Positions 61,154-64,000 of a stretch of DNA of 64,000 nt are shown piece by piece (the stretch's first letter is position 1; each line of letters begins with the position of its first letter). The translations under genes were made by a program, and so were the position numbers. Below the pieces are notes generated by a model. The model had not been told where the DNA came from and did no database searches. It saw nothing but the letters and a program-made list of their open reading frames with translations. The DNA comes from Alphaproteobacteria bacterium (lineage in GTDB: Bacteria > Pseudomonadota > Alphaproteobacteria > RF32 > CAG-239), in the NCBI GenBank assembly GCA_045578445.1, contig JAZNKG010000049.1:1652-65651 (forward strand), in the 5' to 3' direction.

Positions 61154-61765
61154 TTACTTTCTAATTCCGTCAAACAAAAAACCTAAACCAATTTTTATTT
61201 TTTCAGCAATATCTCCACCTTGAAACTTATTTAAAGAAGAAAAAACGATTCCCATATATGTAGAGCGAATAATTTCAACAACAACATCTAAATCCAGTCC
61301 TTCTTTTAACTCGCCACGAGTATCCGATGCTACCAAAACTTGTTTAATTTTTTCTAAATGCCAATCTTTTTGCGTAGCTAAAGACTTTTGCACACGGCTA
61401 ACAACTGCTTCAGACCACTCCATCTGGCAAATAATAAATCTATTAAATTTTGAAAAACGCAAATCATCTCTGAGCATTTTACCCCACAAAACAAAGTAAT
61501 TCAGCAAATCATCAAGTGAATCACCTAAAGGTATTTCTTCAGAAATTTCTGTTCTTTTTCTTTCCATATATTCAACAATTAAAGCAGCAACTAAATCCGC
61601 CTTATTTCTAAAATACCAATAAACAGCCCCTTTTGTAAAACCAGCTCTGGCAGCAATTTCATCAAAAGTAGCTTTAGCATATCCTTTTTCAGAAAAAACA
61701 TCCAAAGCAGCTTCAATAACTGCCTGTCTTGTTTTTTCAGCATCTTCTTTACATTTTCTTGCCAT
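61154..61765 (-). CDS. TetR family repressor of the efflux operon
   Basis: HTH FDEIAARAGFTKGAVYWYFRNK; start set to the Met of MARKCKED (61765), preceded by GGAGGC. Confidence 0.85.
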   Translation of the reverse strand: MARKCKEDAEKTRQAVIEAALDVFSEKGYAKATFDEIAARAGFTKGAVYWYFRNKADLVAALIVEYMERKRTEISEEIPLGDSLDDLLNYFVLWGKMLRDDLRFSKFNRFIICQMEWSEAVVSRVQKSLATQKDWHLEKIKQVLVASDTRGELKEGLDLDVVVEIIRSTYMGIVFSSLNKFQGGDIAEKIKIGLGFLFDGIRK

Positions 61766-61786
61766 TAAAGCCTCCAAATTTAAAAT

Positions 61787-61804
61787 ACATACCAAAATGT
61801 ATGT
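61787..61804. promoter_or_regulatory. candidate TetR operator (inverted repeat)
   Basis: acatac caaaat gtatgt palindrome about 20 nt upstream of the TetR start. Confidence 0.35.
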
Positions 61805-61918
61805 TTATTTAATCATATTTAAACAACAATTTGCAATAAATGTCAAGACAGTATTTTTATTTTTTTATGCAGGATGTTTACACTTTGTTAAATTACCGAT
61901 TCCAAAAATAATTATTAA

Positions 61919-62479
61919 TTAGCAAATATCAAGCTCTGCAAGAGTTGCATAAAAGTTTTCTTCATTTGGATTTGCAATATATGCCCCTGCTTTTACATCT
62001 TCATAATTTTTCAAATAAAAACTTCTAAATCTAATAAAATCAATCCCATTTAATGAATAAAAAAGAACATAATCGTTTTCAATACGATTAAGCCTAAACC
62101 ATAATTCATTGACTTCTTGTCCTAACTCAAAACCACACCAATCAGAATGTCCTGCTATTGTTAAAACTGATGCCAAACAATTTTCGTTATCTTGCTTATT
62201 CATTAAAGAAGCTTTAAACCAATTTCTCTCATCAATTCTCAACATAATACCACATTGAGAAAAAGCTTTTAAACTATCAAAATTCCATTTTAATGTTAAC
62301 GAAAAATCATTATCACGTCTGCAAAAAAAGAAATGGCCATTATCTTTTTTAAAATCACGATGTATACTTTGCCAAAAATCTGTACCATACTTTGCATATA
62401 CAACCATTTCGTTATTTTCAAAACGTACATTATCCGGCTCATTATACCAATCAAAATTAGCTAAAACTTCAAAGTTCAT
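61919..62479 (-). CDS. DUF1349-like (concanavalin/glucanase-like fold) protein
   Basis: WYNEP...TDFW...CGIML...SDW pattern and a length of about 186 aa resemble DUF1349; overlaps the cbpA stop by 1 nt. Confidence 0.5.
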   Translation of the reverse strand: MNFEVLANFDWYNEPDNVRFENNEMVVYAKYGTDFWQSIHRDFKKDNGHFFFCRRDNDFSLTLKWNFDSLKAFSQCGIMLRIDERNWFKASLMNKQDNENCLASVLTIAGHSDWCGFELGQEVNELWFRLNRIENDYVLFYSLNGIDFIRFRSFYLKNYEDVKAGAYIANPNEENFYATLAELDIC

Positions 62480-63381
62480 TAAAAAGTCCTTATTTGTTCA
62501 TCATTCATATTTTTTAACACATTTTCTAACTCTGCATTTTCCTTTTTAGAAACAACAACAGATAAATTAACTATTTGATCTCCAACACTATTTTTTGTTT
62601 TAACACCTTTTCCCTTTAATCTAAGCTTATCGCCACTAGAAGAATACTGCGGAATATTTAAATTTACCTTACCATTTATTGTAGGAACAACTATTTTTGC
62701 CCCCAAAACAGCCTCTTTAACAGAAATAGGTACATCAATAATAATATTTTTACCATCTAATTTAAAATATTTATGAGGCGAAACCTTTATGGTTATTAAC
62801 GCATCTCCATTAGCTCCCCCATTAAAACCAAATTCTCCTTGCCCTTTTAATCTTAAAATCTGTCCGGATTGAGTACCAGCTGGGATTTTAACATTAATCT
62901 GCTTATTTCCTAATACAATATTCTTTTCAGCACCTTTTACTGCATCTAAAAAATCTACATCCAAAGTATATGCAATATCTTGCCCTTTTTGTGCATACCT
63001 ATTTCTATAACTATTTTGCGAAAATCCGCCACCATTCATATTAGAAAATTGGCTAAAAATATCTTCTCCAAAAATAGAAGAAAAATCAAAACCAGCACCA
63101 TTAAAACCACTAGATGAATATGAGCCATAATTTCCACCACCCATACCAAAACCTGTAGGTTTTCCATCTGCATCTATTTCATTATTATCATATTTCTTTC
63201 GCTTTTCTTTATCACCCAAAATATCATAAGCCGAAGAAATTTCCTTAAATTTCTCCGCGGCTACTTTATCATTCTTATTCAAATCAGGATGATATTTACG
63301 CGCAAGCTTCCTATACTGAGATTTAATCTCAGCTTCTGTTGCATTTTTGCTTATACCTAAAATTTCATATAGATTCTTCAT
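62479..63381 (-). CDS. cbpA: curved-DNA-binding DnaJ homolog (J domain, G/F region, no zinc finger)
   Basis: [32 protein letters not shown] domain, Gly/Phe-rich linker, DnaJ C-terminal domains without CxxCxGxG repeats. Confidence 0.85.
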   Translation of the reverse strand: MKNLYEILGISKNATEAEIKSQYRKLARKYHPDLNKNDKVAAEKFKEISSAYDILGDKEKRKKYDNNEIDADGKPTGFGMGGGNYGSYSSSGFNGAGFDFSSIFGEDIFSQFSNMNGGGFSQNSYRNRYAQKGQDIAYTLDVDFLDAVKGAEKNIVLGNKQINVKIPAGTQSGQILRLKGQGEFGFNGGANGDALITIKVSPHKYFKLDGKNIIIDVPISVKEAVLGAKIVVPTINGKVNLNIPQYSSSGDKLRLKGKGVKTKNSVGDQIVNLSVVVSKKENAELENVLKNMNDEQIRTF

Positions 63382-63426
63382 AAAAAATTCCCCATATTAA
63401 CTTCAAATAATATAGGGAAGATTTTT

Positions 63427-63777
63427 TTATATTGCAAGACTTACACAATCAAATGTTGCACGCATAAATCCATTATGGAAAATACTAACTTCTCTTAAAT
63501 AAGGAGATCCACCATAAGAAACATCTGCACAATACAATGAAGCCAAAGGAGAAATTTCATCTACTCTCACATTTCTATATTGGTATGTTACAAAGTCATC
63601 ACCTTCGCCAACAACAAATACATCATTACCAGAAATTAAACGTTCTTCTCCTACCATATTATCACTATAAGACACATCTGTTTCATTTAATACAGGCTCC
63701 CCATCATCCATTAATATATAAGATGTAGAACACGCATTTAGCATAAAAATTATAACAAACAACCAAATCTTTTTCAT
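63427..63777 (-). CDS. small lipoprotein (116 aa)
   Basis: Signal peptide with lipobox FMLNAC. Confidence 0.55.
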   Translation of the reverse strand: MKKIWLFVIIFMLNACSTSYILMDDGEPVLNETDVSYSDNMVGEERLISGNDVFVVGEGDDFVTYQYRNVRVDEISPLASLYCADVSYGGSPYLREVSIFHNGFMRATFDCVSLAI

Positions 63778-63787
63778 TATATAACTC

Positions 63788-64000
63788 CTATCTTAGCTCA
63801 TTATATATTTCTTTACCAGTTCTCTCCAAAATCTTCATTATTCTTCTATTTTTAGCTTCATTTGGACGAGAATTATCAAGTTTTTTTAGCATATTTGCCA
63901 AATCTTGTTTAAATTTTTGATGTTCTCTTAACTTTGCCACATCGTCAACAATATCAGCATCTTTCATTTTATGATCAACAACTACTTTAAGTGTTGTTAC
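63788..64000 (-). CDS. partial CDS (C-terminal about 70 aa), hypothetical; continues beyond the window
   Basis: Open minus-strand frame from the window edge to TAG at 63788-63790 (…KLREHQKFKQDLANMLKKLDNSRPNEAKNRRIMKILERTGKEIYNELR). Confidence 0.4.
   Translation of the reverse strand, partial: VTTLKVVVDHKMKDADIVDDVAKLREHQKFKQDLANMLKKLDNSRPNEAKNRRIMKILERTGKEIYNELR

Overview
Visibly AT-rich bacterial chromosomal window read with the standard code. Conserved genes give full-length ORFs with no in-frame TGA problem. The S21 and GyrB sequences and a three-gene PntAA/PntAB/PntB transhydrogenase look alphaproteobacterial. Class III RNR (nrdD/nrdG) plus pta-ackA suggest an anaerobic or fermentative lifestyle; this taxonomic and lifestyle call is inference only. 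About 60 CDS are supportable. Housekeeping genes: secE, nusG, rpsU, serS, gyrB, nrdDG, lepA, pta, ackA, typA, pntAB, trpS, mdh and an aspartate aminotransferase. Also present: peptidoglycan-recycling genes (a Mur ligase with ldcA, and anmK), a split chromate transporter, a TetR-AcrA-AcrB type efflux operon, cbpA, several GNATs, and many orphan genes, several of them Lys/Glu-rich. There is one tRNA, tRNA-Glu(CUC). I saw no rRNA, CRISPR array, transposase or integrase. Most unusual observations: (1) a 3.3 kb stretch downstream of tRNA-Glu is bounded by a perfect 47-bp direct repeat that includes the tRNA 3-prime end. It is subdivided by further tRNA-tail-derived repeats into three single-gene modules and has no recombinase. 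(2) Directly next to it is a tandem pair of mosaic paralogs with near-identical ends and a divergent core, duplicated together with promoter and terminator. (3) The class III RNR is split: the glycyl-radical motif sits on a separate small ORF with its own RBS. (4) A C8 homopolymer lies in the spacer of a promoter-like element in this AT-rich DNA. (5) There are several unusual domain fusions (CoaD plus a degenerate HD-like domain, a SixA-like domain plus an unknown domain) and an internally repeated small protein. All functional calls come from reading motifs by eye; no database search was possible.
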